Source of the DNA: Candidatus Thorarchaeota archaeon
Lineage (GTDB): Archaea; Asgardarchaeota; Thorarchaeia; Thorarchaeales; Thorarchaeaceae
Length of the DNA stretch: 64,000 nucleotides
Assembly (NCBI GenBank): GCA_963726195.1
Contig: CAVSBO010000003.1
Span: forward strand, 224,001-288,000
Direction of reading: 5' to 3'
Shown one piece after another: positions 1 to 10,523 of this stretch (positions are counted from its first letter, which is position 1; each line of letters opens with the position of its first letter). Both the position numbers and the translations under genes were made by a program. The notes under the pieces were generated by a model, which saw nothing but the letters and a program-made list of their open reading frames with translations, did not search any database and had not been told where the DNA came from.

Positions 1-1032
1 TTCCCCGTCTACGTGGAACCTGTCGAACATCTCCTTCACCCAGTTTCCAACCTGTTCATCGAAAGCCATGTAGGCGGCGATCGTCTCCGCCTTGGCATCC
101 GACCAAGTGAATTCCTTGCCGGGAGCCTTCGGGAGAGGAGCTATGATATCATAGTTAGCTAACTTGGTAAGACCCATCATCTTCGCCTTCATGCCCAAAT
201 ACCTGCGATAGAGGGCAACGTTACCCTCGACCGTCTCAATCAGTGAGTCAATCGTCTTCTGGTCCACGTCGTTTGCCAGGAGACTCTGGGTCATGTAGGA
301 GGGATGCTTTCTCAGCCTGCAGACTTCGAGATGGTCTGCGCATATGGAACGAAGTGCGCTCGCCCAGATGATGCTGTCCCTACCTAGTCCTTCGTACACA
401 ATCTGATTCGCGCGGCGCCTAACATCACGGTCTCCGTGTTCATAGAGACCGACCATTTCACCATATGGAAGGCTCTTCTTCTGCCCATCCAACTCAATGT
501 CGAACATTCGTGTGGAGAGCCAATCACCCTGCAGCTGCGTCCAAGCACGAATGCCGTTTGTGTCCTTGGCGATAATCAGGCTCTCCTGATCTTCAGAGAG
601 CAAGTATGGTTGCCTCTTCAGCAGAAGCTCAAGTTGGTGCCTATACTCAGCTAGCATGGAGTCACTTACTAGCGAGGGCTTCTGGGCCAGAACCTTTCCA
701 AACTCCACATCCATGAAGGCCAGAAGTTGACCTATCTTGGAAGAGTTCCTGCGGTAAGAGTCATACAGCGCTTTCGTTGTTGCACTGATTGAGTCGGCCC
801 CGTAGCCTTGCTCGGCATACATGAATGCGCCCTCTGACTTCGTTGCAAGCTCCTCTCTCTCCTCAATCATCCGGAGCAAGTCTTTGGTCTCGAGCTTAGC
901 AATCTTGCCTTGGTATCTCTGCCGATATCTCTCAGCATCGGTTACTGCGACTTCCATCTCTTTAATCACGGCAGGAGCGCTACTGTTCGCGACAAGTTGA
1001 GTAAGATCCCACACCATCTCTTTCTGAGCCAT
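1..1032 (-). CDS. pepF: Oligoendopeptidase F (M3B), 3' end runs off the window
   Basis: Manual translation from ATG 1032: MAQKEMVWDLTQLV...RQPYLLSEDQESLI...DRDVRRRA...KLANYDIIAPL...EMFDRFHVD. The WDL start, the LS motif and the YD-x-x-APL motif are typical of PepF. Absent from the ORF track because it is open-ended. Confidence 0.85.
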   Translation of the reverse strand, partial: MAQKEMVWDLTQLVANSSAPAVIKEMEVAVTDAERYRQRYQGKIAKLETKDLLRMIEEREELATKSEGAFMYAEQGYGADSISATTKALYDSYRRNSSKIGQLLAFMDVEFGKVLAQKPSLVSDSMLAEYRHQLELLLKRQPYLLSEDQESLIIAKDTNGIRAWTQLQGDWLSTRMFDIELDGQKKSLPYGEMVGLYEHGDRDVRRRANQIVYEGLGRDSIIWASALRSICADHLEVCRLRKHPSYMTQSLLANDVDQKTIDSLIETVEGNVALYRRYLGMKAKMMGLTKLANYDIIAPLPKAPGKEFTWSDAKAETIAAYMAFDEQVGNWVKEMFDRFHVDGE

Positions 1033-1209
1033 TCAAATCATCAGACAGTGCCGCCGCAAAGCCTCCTTATGAGACCTTCGAACACGATGCAAAACAAAGA
1101 ACCAGACGGTCCAGAGAGCGACGATGAGTCGATTTCGGTGAGCCGTAAGAGATATCTTATGGGCAAAAAGGTCTAGTAGTACGGGGAGAGCACTACTAGT
1201 CAGAAGGGA

Positions 1210-2172
1210 TTGATAACGAAATACGGCAGGGTGCTCTTCGAAGAGAAAGTCGATGAGGTCGCGTTCAAACGGATCCTATCCGACCTCCATCTTAGGCCAC
1301 CGTTGGTTGTGAAACCTAATTGGGGAACTTCGACGATATTCACAGAGGCGGAGATACTCGATTGGGTGCTACACCAGTTCAAGGGAGATGTTGTGGTAAC
1401 CGAAAGCTACGGCTGGTCGAGGAGCAAGGATATGCTAGAAGGCAGAGGGCCGGGCTCAAAGCAGAAAACCAATCTCCGTGAGAGCGACCGATGGTTCCTT
1501 GAGTACTCGGGCATCGGCAACGTGCTCAAGAAGCATGACGTTCAGTTCGTTAACATCACAGAGGAAATGTGGCGCAAGCGAACCGTTGAACCGAGAGAGA
1601 TTAAGGCTCAGGTAGACAGCAAGTTTCGTCCGGTAAAAGTTACTGACTTCTTGTTGGGAGTGCCCAAGGCACTCTACGACCTCCGCGGGGGAACCCTGCT
1701 TAGCCTTTCCAAGCTCCGACTGCTCGTGGATCCTCCTGCTCCAAGCCTTTCAATCAAGAATCTCTTTGGAATGATTCCCGGTCCGGGCAGACGCAAGTAC
1801 CACGGAAGAGAGGATTCGTTGCTCGCGCAGAGCATTCTCGATATCAACAAGGTCTACCGGGCCCTGTTCGATGTGAAGGGGATAGTCGAGGGCGTGTTCA
1901 CTGCCGTAAGCCCTGGCATGAGTCCACGTGACCAGACGATGCACAACAATCTGGGTCTCGCGTGGGGTTCGGAAAGCACACTCGACCTTGATGCATTCGT
2001 GTCGGTTCTCCTGCAGTCCGACCCTGAACAGGTGCCTTACTTCAAGATGGCTGCTGAGACCTTCGGTGCGTGGGAGGACAAGACCATAGCTTTGGCAACA
2101 ATGAGCCATATCCGCGTTTTTCCGCAAGAGGAGAAGCCAGAGAAGAGAACTAGGGCACGCAAGCCGCAGTAA
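1210..2172 (+). CDS. DUF362-family protein
   Basis: VVKPNW, VVTES, LSLSKL and SLSIKNLFGMIPG motifs. Confidence 0.75.
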   Translation: MITKYGRVLFEEKVDEVAFKRILSDLHLRPPLVVKPNWGTSTIFTEAEILDWVLHQFKGDVVVTESYGWSRSKDMLEGRGPGSKQKTNLRESDRWFLEYSGIGNVLKKHDVQFVNITEEMWRKRTVEPREIKAQVDSKFRPVKVTDFLLGVPKALYDLRGGTLLSLSKLRLLVDPPAPSLSIKNLFGMIPGPGRRKYHGREDSLLAQSILDINKVYRALFDVKGIVEGVFTAVSPGMSPRDQTMHNNLGLAWGSESTLDLDAFVSVLLQSDPEQVPYFKMAAETFGAWEDKTIALATMSHIRVFPQEEKPEKRTRARKPQ

Positions 2173-2269
2173 GGTGCGTGCCAATCCAGTTCGTCAGAGC
2201 AAACTGGCACGCCAGTTAAACATGGGCCAAATAACGCGAACGTGAGTAGCCATCGCGGTGAAAGAAATA

Positions 2270-2300
2270 GAAGGGTCCTAGGCAATATTGCCTAGAACAC
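2270..2300 (-). terminator. Hairpin plus pyrimidine tract downstream of the 2327..2671 gene
   Basis: Perfect 18-bp palindrome CTAGGCAATATTGCCTAG (2278-2295), followed on the - strand by TTCTATTTCTTT; lies between convergent genes. Confidence 0.55.
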
Positions 2301-2326
2301 CTTTGAGGTTAGTACCTAGATTCAGA

Positions 2327-2671
2327 CTACTTCTTGAATGCAGCTCTTGTGCTGGGAATCAAGAGGTATATGACAACGATCACTGGGAATATCAGTGACA
2401 GAATACTGATGGTTGGATAGATAGCGAACAAGATGTTGAGGATGTTCACTAACAGCGCGAATATCCAGGCCCAGCCCTTCAGTGTCCACAGGCCCCAGAA
2501 CACAATTAGACCTACTATCCCGAGGATCAATGGGATAAGGCCGAGTATCATCAAGAATGGGGCCAACAAGAGCGTGACGCCTATTACTAGCGCGGCGGCA
2601 AAAATCTCTAGTAGAGCGCCCAGTAGCTGCAGAATTGCGATTATTGTAACGCCTAGCGGCCTTCCGGCCAT
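2327..2671 (-). CDS. Small 4-TM membrane protein (RPxGVTIIAIL type)
   Basis: MAGRPLGVTIIAIL...GLWTLKGWAW...YLLIPSTRAAF; GGAGGT SD upstream of ATG 2671. Confidence 0.8.
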   Translation of the reverse strand: MAGRPLGVTIIAILQLLGALLEIFAAALVIGVTLLLAPFLMILGLIPLILGIVGLIVFWGLWTLKGWAWIFALLVNILNILFAIYPTISILSLIFPVIVVIYLLIPSTRAAFKK

Positions 2672-3019
2672 GTTTGTTACCTCCCACAACAAATGTTGTG
2701 TAACAGGCCGCATTAGCTAACCTGCATATAAGACAATCGAAAGCGACCGCTAGAATCCGCTCTAGACGGCAAAATGCCAATCCCGGCAAGAGAGGCCTGA
2801 AAGATACATCTCATCTTCCCAACCGCCTGAACAAGAGATAATCAACGAGGGATGTTTTCAAGATTGAATCGCACGAGGCATGTTGGTGAGTCAGTTGGCG
2901 AGCATGAAATGACTAGCACACGAGACTGTTCAATGCCCATTCCCGAAGAGAGCAAGTGCAGAAGAGCAATACGTTTGTAGTGGATTGCCGCAGCGAATGC
3001 CTGAGAGGGACTGAGCAAA

Positions 3020-3895
3020 GTGAATCTTCCCATGATTATCGTACATGGAGGTGCTGGTGACTGGAAGGAGGACAAGCTCGTTGCCGCTGCGCCCGAGGTA
3101 GAAAGAGCGGCACGGGTTGGCTTCCAGATTCTGAAAAGTGGTGGTTCATCCCTTGATGCGGCTGAGGCTTGCACACTTCATATGGAAGGATGCGGCAAGC
3201 TGAATGCCGGTGTTGGTGCACGGCCAAATCAAGACGGGATTCAGGAATTGGATGCGATGATCATAGATGGTGTCAACCTGAAGTCAGGGGCTGTGATGGC
3301 AGTTACAGGGATCCGACATCCCATATCACTGGCCAGGTTCGCGATGGAGAAGACATCCCACTCGCAGTTCGCCGGCGAAGGCGTGAAGAAGCTATACGAA
3401 AAGATGCTGGCTGAGGGATATCGAAAAGAAACAGCCCCCGGTGTAACCTCATCTCCCTTTGGAGCTCAGGGTGGGGACACTGTGGGTTGTGTCGCCATAG
3501 ACAGCAATGGTCACATCGCTGCAACATCATCCACCGGAGGAATCCCAGACAAAATGGCTGGACGCGTAGGTGACTCGCCTATCTTTGGAGCAGGAGCATA
3601 CGCAGATGACATCTGTGGGGCAACTGCGACCGGGTGGGGTGAACACATCATTCGCGTACTTCTGTGCAAGACAGTCGTGTCATATGTGGAAGATGGCATG
3701 GAGCCTCCAACTGCAGCTAGAAAAGGTATAGAGCTGCTTCGGTCCAAGACTGGCAGTCAAGCGGGAGTAGTGATCGCTGACGGAAAGGGTAGATACGGCT
3801 TGGCAATGAATACCAAAGCAATGCCCGTTGTAGTGATAAGTAGCCGGATTACAAACTTGAAACGATATATGACGATGGCTGACGTATCGCAATGA
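3020..3895 (+). CDS. iaaA: Isoaspartyl peptidase / L-asparaginase (Ntn-hydrolase)
   Basis: IIVHGGAG, ELDAMIIDG, nucleophile DTVGCVA, STGG, GRVGDSP, ATGWGE. Confidence 0.92.
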   Translation: MNLPMIIVHGGAGDWKEDKLVAAAPEVERAARVGFQILKSGGSSLDAAEACTLHMEGCGKLNAGVGARPNQDGIQELDAMIIDGVNLKSGAVMAVTGIRHPISLARFAMEKTSHSQFAGEGVKKLYEKMLAEGYRKETAPGVTSSPFGAQGGDTVGCVAIDSNGHIAATSSTGGIPDKMAGRVGDSPIFGAGAYADDICGATATGWGEHIIRVLLCKTVVSYVEDGMEPPTAARKGIELLRSKTGSQAGVVIADGKGRYGLAMNTKAMPVVVISSRITNLKRYMTMADVSQ

Positions 3896-3995
3896 GCTGC
3901 ATATCTCCGCGCCTTCAACCACCGACAGGACGCGACCTGCGGCCCGGGGTTTCCTTTTGGTTCATGTTGATTGAAGAAACCTTCTTGGTGTATCA

Positions 3996-4265
3996 TCACC
4001 CGCGCTCATAGACAACGCCTTTACCTCCAGAAGGATATCGGAAGTCGATAGCGTCTGCCTCACACACCTGGTAACATGCGGCGCATTCAAGGCATTTGGA
4101 TTTGTAGTCGTCTGCGAGTTGCACCTTGCTGCCTTTCTTCCTCCACAGATTCATCGTGCACACAACAAGACAACGACCGCACACGTTGCACTTCGCCGAA
4201 TCTAATTTGATGAAGTCAACAGACCCCGGCACCCTCTTGACGAGCGAATCCATGTCGGTCCTCAA
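3996..4265 (-). CDS. fixX: Ferredoxin-like protein (FixX-like)
   Basis: CxxCxxCxxxC and CLECAACYQVC motifs, C-terminal YPSGGKGVVY; overlaps the stop of the FixC-like gene. Confidence 0.8.
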   Translation of the reverse strand: MRTDMDSLVKRVPGSVDFIKLDSAKCNVCGRCLVVCTMNLWRKKGSKVQLADDYKSKCLECAACYQVCEADAIDFRYPSGGKGVVYERG

Positions 4266-5663
4266 GTTCCTTCCTCCTTTTCTTCAAATGAAGAGGCAAT
4301 CGCCTCCTGTAGCTCAGGCATGGATTCCATCAGTTTTCCAGGATCTGTGAGGAGCTCCATCTTATCGCCCAGTACTTTTCCCAGTAGAGGCATGACCTCC
4401 TTCATGATAAACGGTACTGCTTGCGGCAGGTACGACTTGACCTGTCGCATTACCTGCTTGACTCGGACAGCATGAGGCTGTGACCAATCGAGTATGCCGC
4501 CAAGCACTTCCATAATCATAGGAATGAACCATGACATTGTCTCTTTGGGACTAAATGGTAACGCCCTCCAGATGCGTGCGAGTTCCGGTCCAGATTTGAA
4601 ATCCTCTCCGACACTGGTCTGGGACCACTTCGTGTCATAAAGATCCAAGAACTCATTCGATGTGTCGCCTGCTGAGATGGCTTCTGCGGCGGTCTCAGCT
4701 GCTGCCCTTCCGGTTATCATAGCAGGATAGATTCCTTCAGCCTCAAGAGGACACGGAACTCCTGCAGCATCGCCGACGAGAATCACATTGTCCGTATGAG
4801 TGTTCTTTGGGGCGCCGAGCCACGGTAACAGATGAACATGATACTCTCTGGGTTTCGCATCAAGTATCCGGACGAGTCTCTTGAAGTAATCGAGGTTGAC
4901 CACTTGGTTGAGGTAGGAAAGCGGGTTCTTGTCCCACCATGTCATCCAGTTGCCTAGGCCGATGTGGAAGCCGTCATGGAAGAACACCTGATAGGCCGCG
5001 GGAAACAATGCACTCCACCACACTGCAAGCGTCTCATCACCCATTATGTCGTCAATCTTCTGGGGGTCGACAGCATAGTCGTACTGAGGCACGAGAGTGA
5101 CATGGTCTTGGTCCCACCTCTTCCTGAGACCGCTCTGCCGAGCTACCATTGAGACTACTCCATCGGCACCGATGACCAAACCCCGGTACTTCTCACCATG
5201 TTCATCGATGACACCCACAACCCGGTCATTCTCCTTCAGAAGCCCCGTCACAAGGGTAGAGGTCTTCGAGCTCTGCGCCTACATTGCTCGCGAATGCCGC
5301 CAGCCAAGGGTCGAAGTCGCTTCTGTAGACATTCATGGTTATGAAGCTCTTTGCGGGTTCATACGAGACAGATTCAGTTGGTCTCGCCATCACATATCCA
5401 GCCACGACCCCTTCCTTGTTCACGAAGTAACTTCTCGATGCGGCACCGGCTCTCATCGAGGGGCACACTTCTGGATTCAGTTCTGTCATGAACCGGAAGT
5501 CATTCCACATCCGTGGCCCAAGCCCGCAGCCGGACGAGTTTTTCTCGCCGGGCTTCCTCCCTCTTTCGAAAAAGATTGTCTTCAGGCCACGGCTCGCTGC
5601 TTCCATAGCCGCAGCTGAACCACCTGGCCCTGCACCCACAATAACAACGTCGTAGTCTTTCAC
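4262..5663 (-). CDS. FixC / geranylgeranyl-reductase-family FAD oxidoreductase (one frameshift near 5267)
   Basis: GAGPGG, ERGRKPGEKN, VIGADG, LVGDAAG, EGIYPAM. The two ORF-track pieces join by removing one base (GAELKTSTLVTGLL). Confidence 0.8.
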
Positions 5664-5945
5664 CCGGGTTCACCTAACCTTCTCCGTCGAATCTGCTGCT
5701 AAATCCAGTTGCGTAGAGAAGTTACTAGCATCACAGCAGAAATGAGAGAGTCCCGAACCGTTGCGTTTCCTGAGATATAAGTGGTATCATCCCACGGGAG
5801 TGGACTATGGTTGCTCTGTGCCATAGTCTTCAATCGCTCTTGAGTCTAATTCGAGCCTGCCTACCCCCTCTTCCAATTCAGACAGCTCTCTTGCGTAAAC
5901 ATGATAAGTGTTGAAGACTGTATAACCGTCAGGAGCGTGGTAGTT

Positions 5946-6116
5946 GTGTTCGGTCGCAAGCAAGCAAAGACTAAGCATCCCGGGACATCGGACCCTAGCA
6001 AGCAGTTCAGTCCTCCTGATGTGGGGTTCTATTCAGAGTCTAAGTTCACGATGGCGGGCCGTGGTCAACCCATCGCTACCGGCAAGAAACAAGACAGGTG
6101 GCGGAAGAAAACCTAG
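5946..6116 (+). CDS. Small basic protein, tandem copy 1
   Basis: GTG start after an AGGAG SD; homologous to the next ORF (K-AK-xH-xGTxDPxxxFSPP). Confidence 0.6.
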   Translation: MFGRKQAKTKHPGTSDPSKQFSPPDVGFYSESKFTMAGRGQPIATGKKQDRWRKKT

Positions 6117-6207
6117 TATTCGCAAGAAGTGAGTCCGATCAAGTCGCTTTTCTCTGGTAACCTTGATATGCGTTCAGGACCATGTATCCCTCGGGAGTGT
6201 GCTAATC

Positions 6208-6408
6208 GTGTCCGGGCATAAGAAAGCAAAGCCAAATCATGCTGGAACCTATGATCCGAATACGAAATTCAGTCCGCCCAATCCGACGGATGAGTCCTAC
6301 TACCCAGCCGTTAGGGCAGCGGGTGGACCATTTCCCGTAGGCAAGAGAAAAGAACGAAAGAAGACAGAGACGTTCGAGAGAGGCGAGTCGGGTCAAACTG
6401 ACCTGTGA
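6208..6408 (+). CDS. Small basic protein, tandem copy 2
   Basis: GTG start after a GGGAG SD; paralog of 5946..6116. Confidence 0.6.
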   Translation: MSGHKKAKPNHAGTYDPNTKFSPPNPTDESYYPAVRAAGGPFPVGKRKERKKTETFERGESGQTDL

Positions 6409-6453
6409 AGAATCGAGTCAGCTCTGTACTGGGTTGGACCCCACCTAGCAATC

Positions 6454-8436
6454 TCAGGAACTTCCTTCTTCTTGCTTTTCTTCCTCCTCTTCCTCCCAAG
6501 CGAATTCAACTACGCCTTCCCGTGACACGTTGACTGAGTGGACACCCTTCTGCTTTGTGTGCACATGCAACACTTGTGTCTCCTTGTCGTACTCATATGT
6601 CCCCTCGGTGAGCTTGACAGTGAAACCCTTGGGGTACTGCACCTCCGGCACATAGAGCGTGGTTTCGTCCCTGATGTTTGGGTCAGCGTCAAAATCAAAC
6701 ACGAACAAGCCGGTCTTCATGTCGAAGTCCATACGTTTGGGAGTGCCCGCGACAGTAATGAAGTGAGGACGACAGAAACCGCGAATTGCCCTTCCTCCAC
6801 TGTTGATATCGTCGGGCTCCGTCAGTTGATCGACACTGAACATGGAGAAGTCTTCGAGGTTCCATTGATCGCCCCACTCGTTTGTGTTGTCACAAGTGTA
6901 GTTCCACTGGGTGCTATGCAACAGACTCGCATCCAGAGCGTTGTAGTACTTCATGAGAGCTCTTTCGTGAGTGTTCCAGGCTTCGAGTGGATTTGTCTTG
7001 ATCTTCTCATAAGCACTCTTCTGGTCAAGGTCGTAGCATAAGCCAAACTCTCCTATGACAGTCGGTACGCTTTTGGAAACGCGAGCAGTACCCTCAGCAA
7101 TCCCCTTCAATTGCCTCACGAACATCTGAGCAACCTTCCCGGGCCCGATTACTGTGCTCCCTTTCGCGATGTCGTAACTCGCCTTTTCCATGAATCTCTT
7201 TGTGCCGATTGTGCCTACATCATACCAATGAGCTGCATGAACGGAGTTCGGAGGCACCTCTATCTGAAGAGGCTGTCCCATGATCGTTTTCTCTGTTGAG
7301 CCCTCGTAGAAGACCATAGCATCAGGCATCACGGTCCTAATCTCTTTGGCAACGCGATTAACGAAAGGCGACACGTAGTCTCTCACGAAGTCCACTTCGA
7401 CCTCCTTCTTCTTCATGAAGTGGTCATTGTCAAGTATTCGTGGTACGCCCCTCTCGAGATCCCAGACGTGCTCAGTTCGCCAGATATCTGGGCACCCTTT
7501 GAGCCATACAGCGACTCGGCCTGCGTTCATGATGTCCTTGCGAGTCTCCTTCACTCCGAATCGCTTGATTTCCCTATAGCCTACGGTCCGCGGGAACCCG
7601 GATGCCGTAGCCATCGCATCCAATGGGGAGAAAGCGTGGCCGATCACCGTGCTCACGTCAACGTTCGATCCGTCAACCTTGGCCCCAATCCATCCTTGGT
7701 CGGGTTCGTTCATCGTATCAAAGCCCAAGACATAGTCCATGTCTTTGGCAAAAGCAGCCACCTGTTTCAGAGCATCGAAGTAGTGCTCCTGCAGATACTC
7801 CTGCGCGTTCTGCCCTTCAACGACACACGAAGGTGCGAAGTCTTTTCCTCCAAAGAAGAGTGTCCACATGTTTGCGGCGGCAAAGCGGTACTTGTTCTGC
7901 GGCCAACTCATCGGTGGATATGCCTTGGGATCGTTGGGATTGAACCGGCGCTGCATCAAGAATGCCGCTTCAGATGCGTCGAGTTTTCCAATGTCGAGAC
8001 CTACGTTTTCAAGGGTCCAGCCCGGGGCGCCATCTCCGCCACACATTCGACTCCACACGTCTTGATGAGGGTCGATGAAGACGTACAGACCAAGGCCATC
8101 TGTCATCTTCAGAACCTCTTGCAAGTAGTCGAGATACTCCTTGTCATAATCACCGGGGCCGGAGTGTTCGATCCCCTCCCATGTGACCAGAAAGCGAAGA
8201 CAGTTGAACCCCCAGTGCTTGATTCTCTTGAGATGGCCCTCAGCCTCTGAAAGAGGAAATGGTCTACCTACATACGAGACCTCTCTATGGTCAAGGAGAT
8301 CAGTTTTGATATGTGTGGCACCATTGGGCGTGGCAGGGACCTTCGAGCTTCCACCAACGTTCACTCCTCTAAGGAGCACCTTACGACCCTTCTCATCCAC
8401 AAACGAGCCATTGGATATCTTGAGACGCGGACTCAT
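6454..8436 (-). CDS. GH5 glycosidase, endoglycoceramidase-related / steryl-beta-glucosidase type
   Basis: LRGVNVGGSSKVP, VGRPFPL, TWEGIEHSGPG, DPHQDVWSR..GGDGAP, catalytic MNEP and GEFG, QWNY, WNLEDFS, C-terminal beta-sandwich, acidic tail. Confidence 0.88.
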   Translation of the reverse strand: MSPRLKISNGSFVDEKGRKVLLRGVNVGGSSKVPATPNGATHIKTDLLDHREVSYVGRPFPLSEAEGHLKRIKHWGFNCLRFLVTWEGIEHSGPGDYDKEYLDYLQEVLKMTDGLGLYVFIDPHQDVWSRMCGGDGAPGWTLENVGLDIGKLDASEAAFLMQRRFNPNDPKAYPPMSWPQNKYRFAAANMWTLFFGGKDFAPSCVVEGQNAQEYLQEHYFDALKQVAAFAKDMDYVLGFDTMNEPDQGWIGAKVDGSNVDVSTVIGHAFSPLDAMATASGFPRTVGYREIKRFGVKETRKDIMNAGRVAVWLKGCPDIWRTEHVWDLERGVPRILDNDHFMKKKEVEVDFVRDYVSPFVNRVAKEIRTVMPDAMVFYEGSTEKTIMGQPLQIEVPPNSVHAAHWYDVGTIGTKRFMEKASYDIAKGSTVIGPGKVAQMFVRQLKGIAEGTARVSKSVPTVIGEFGLCYDLDQKSAYEKIKTNPLEAWNTHERALMKYYNALDASLLHSTQWNYTCDNTNEWGDQWNLEDFSMFSVDQLTEPDDINSGGRAIRGFCRPHFITVAGTPKRMDFDMKTGLFVFDFDADPNIRDETTLYVPEVQYPKGFTVKLTEGTYEYDKETQVLHVHTKQKGVHSVNVSREGVVEFAWEEEEEEKQEEGSS

Positions 8437-8457
8437 GTTCAAAGGAGACCTCCTTTC

Positions 8458-9600
8458 CTATGGCCAATGCATCATTTCGCAGTTTCTCTGAATCGCTTTG
8501 TCCAAACCATCAAGAATGCTTTTGGTGCCGCCCTTAGTTTTTGCGATTGTCGCAAGTTCGCTCATTGAAGCGGGAGTGCCTTTCTTTGCAGACAAGTACG
8601 ACAGCAGTGTTACAGCGATGGCTTGCTTGGCCTGTTCAGGCGTGAATTCAGGCGGCTGGTCGTTTAGTATGCACTGAGCGAAATGTGCATCCTCTTCTCT
8701 TGCGGATATGAGATAGTATTTGGGATATGCACCGTGTTCAACCTTCGGCGAATAGAACTCGCCCTTGACCTGTGCTTTCTCATGCGACGAGAATATGCTC
8801 ACTGGGTTGTCCCACGCATGATCCTCTAGGACTGTACCTCTTGTACCATGCAGCTCCATTCTGTTGGTCAATGGGTGTGACGTGACGGATGAGACATCAA
8901 CGGTAATCATTGCACCGTTCTTGTACCTGAGAAGAACAATGGCGTTATCCTCGCCTTTGTTTGGCGGCGAGTTTAGCGCCTTGCCCAGCCAGCACTGGGC
9001 TTTGTCAACCTCGCCGAGCATCCAATTGAGAGTGGCAAACTTGTGGCAGCCCTGATCAGCTACGACGCCTCCCCCGCCCTTGTCAAAGGTGAATTGCCAA
9101 TTGTCAGCATCGAGAAAGACGTGAGATGGCACAAAGGCACCTTCATAGGCCCGTCCCAAGAAGACATCACCAATCAGTCCGTCTTCAACCGCTTGCTTGA
9201 CGAGTTTATGTGCGGGGAGAAAGCGATGATTCTCTGCAATCATGAACTTCACCGATGCCTTGTTTGCTGCGGCAATCATCTGATCACACTCTTCCAAGGT
9301 TGTCGCCATTGGCTTCTCACATAGGATGTGTTTCCCGGAGTCAGCAACTCTCTTTTCCAAGGTTGCATGCAGGTAGTGAGGAACAGCCAACAGCACAGCA
9401 TCGATATCGCTCGCAAGGAACTTGTCCAGCTCAGAGTACGGAGTCAGCTTGTGGAGCCTTGAGAACCGAGCCAAGGCTTTGTCGTTAACATCATGAACGG
9501 CCACGTATTTGACAGATGCCTCAGGATTCTCTTTGGAAGACATGACATGGAAGCCGCCCGCATTTCCACAGCCTATTAGACCGAATTTGACTTGGGCCAT
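8458..9600 (-). CDS. Gfo/Idh/MocA-family NAD(P) oxidoreductase
   Basis: GLIGCG, KHILCEKPM, GGGVVADQGCH. Confidence 0.9.
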   Translation of the reverse strand: MAQVKFGLIGCGNAGGFHVMSSKENPEASVKYVAVHDVNDKALARFSRLHKLTPYSELDKFLASDIDAVLLAVPHYLHATLEKRVADSGKHILCEKPMATTLEECDQMIAAANKASVKFMIAENHRFLPAHKLVKQAVEDGLIGDVFLGRAYEGAFVPSHVFLDADNWQFTFDKGGGGVVADQGCHKFATLNWMLGEVDKAQCWLGKALNSPPNKGEDNAIVLLRYKNGAMITVDVSSVTSHPLTNRMELHGTRGTVLEDHAWDNPVSIFSSHEKAQVKGEFYSPKVEHGAYPKYYLISAREEDAHFAQCILNDQPPEFTPEQAKQAIAVTLLSYLSAKKGTPASMSELATIAKTKGGTKSILDGLDKAIQRNCEMMHWP

Positions 9601-9655
9601 GAAGACCTTCTGATGCAGACCTCAGAATAAAGATTGTCACTCTATCTTGCCGTGC

Positions 9656-10453
9656 TCAAGGATTATGACTCGCCTTTCGCATCTGTTCAAGCAAGGCTTG
9701 CGGGTACTTCGCTTGGAAGAAGGGAAGACCAGAATAGAAGTGAGTAAACGTTGTAGCCAGTGGACCAGCCTTGTTTCTCTGCCTACTGTCATTTCCGAAG
9801 TATACCCGGCGATAAGCCTCTGCATACCTAGTACCCTTTACTTTGAAGCCCGAAAGAAGAGCAAGGGGTCGGACTAGATGCTTCATATTCTTCAACAGCC
9901 AAACCTGAGTCTGATGGCATTCAATCAGTTCCTCTGTCATGCGAAAACCCTCGGCCGGGAAAGGAAAGAAGACATTCGGAGCTATCGTGTTATAGAAGTA
10001 CAATGAAGGACTGAAGTCAATCATCTTGTGGTAGATGGCATAGAACACAGCGCGTCCAGTGTTCAGATGGTCCCTGTGATAGTACCAAGTGAACAAGCCC
10101 TCAGGAGCAACAACGACGTCGGGCCTATGCTGATTCATGTAGTCCGCGATTTTGCCGACAAACTCGCGATCAAATGGGACGAGCCCATCCACGTAACCCA
10201 AGAAATCAATGTGGTCGGGCGAGATTTTGTGAATTGCCGCAGCTGCGTATAGTTCCTTCGCCCTAACCCCGGCCAGGAAATCGCCCTTGAATCTGTCGTA
10301 CTTGAAGCCCGGTAGACCGAACTCTCCTTTGGTCACCGAGGCTATTCGGATGTCATGCTTCTGCGCGCTGACAACAGCAAGAGAGTGCAGGAGCTGAGAG
10401 CAATTCAGCTCTAGGTCATCGGGATGTGGCTCAAAGAATATGTATCGTTTCAT
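9656..10453 (-). CDS. PIG-L/LmbE-family N-deacetylase
   Basis: PHPDD, VTKGEFG, R..E, HRDH, YAEAY. Confidence 0.85.
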   Translation of the reverse strand: MKRYIFFEPHPDDLELNCSQLLHSLAVVSAQKHDIRIASVTKGEFGLPGFKYDRFKGDFLAGVRAKELYAAAAIHKISPDHIDFLGYVDGLVPFDREFVGKIADYMNQHRPDVVVAPEGLFTWYYHRDHLNTGRAVFYAIYHKMIDFSPSLYFYNTIAPNVFFPFPAEGFRMTEELIECHQTQVWLLKNMKHLVRPLALLSGFKVKGTRYAEAYRRVYFGNDSRQRNKAGPLATTFTHFYSGLPFFQAKYPQALLEQMRKASHNP

Positions 10454-10523
10454 TTTCCTACAACCAAGGCATCTTTAAATTCAGCCATATAGGTTCTTTC
10501 CAAAATCTCGAAGGCACTCATCC

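Noticed and set aside
7420-8250. 276-aa + strand ORF, and similar antisense ORFs such as 26891..27532, 42595..43236 and 43608..44210
   Set aside because: They lie antisense to well-supported genes and carry no recognisable motifs
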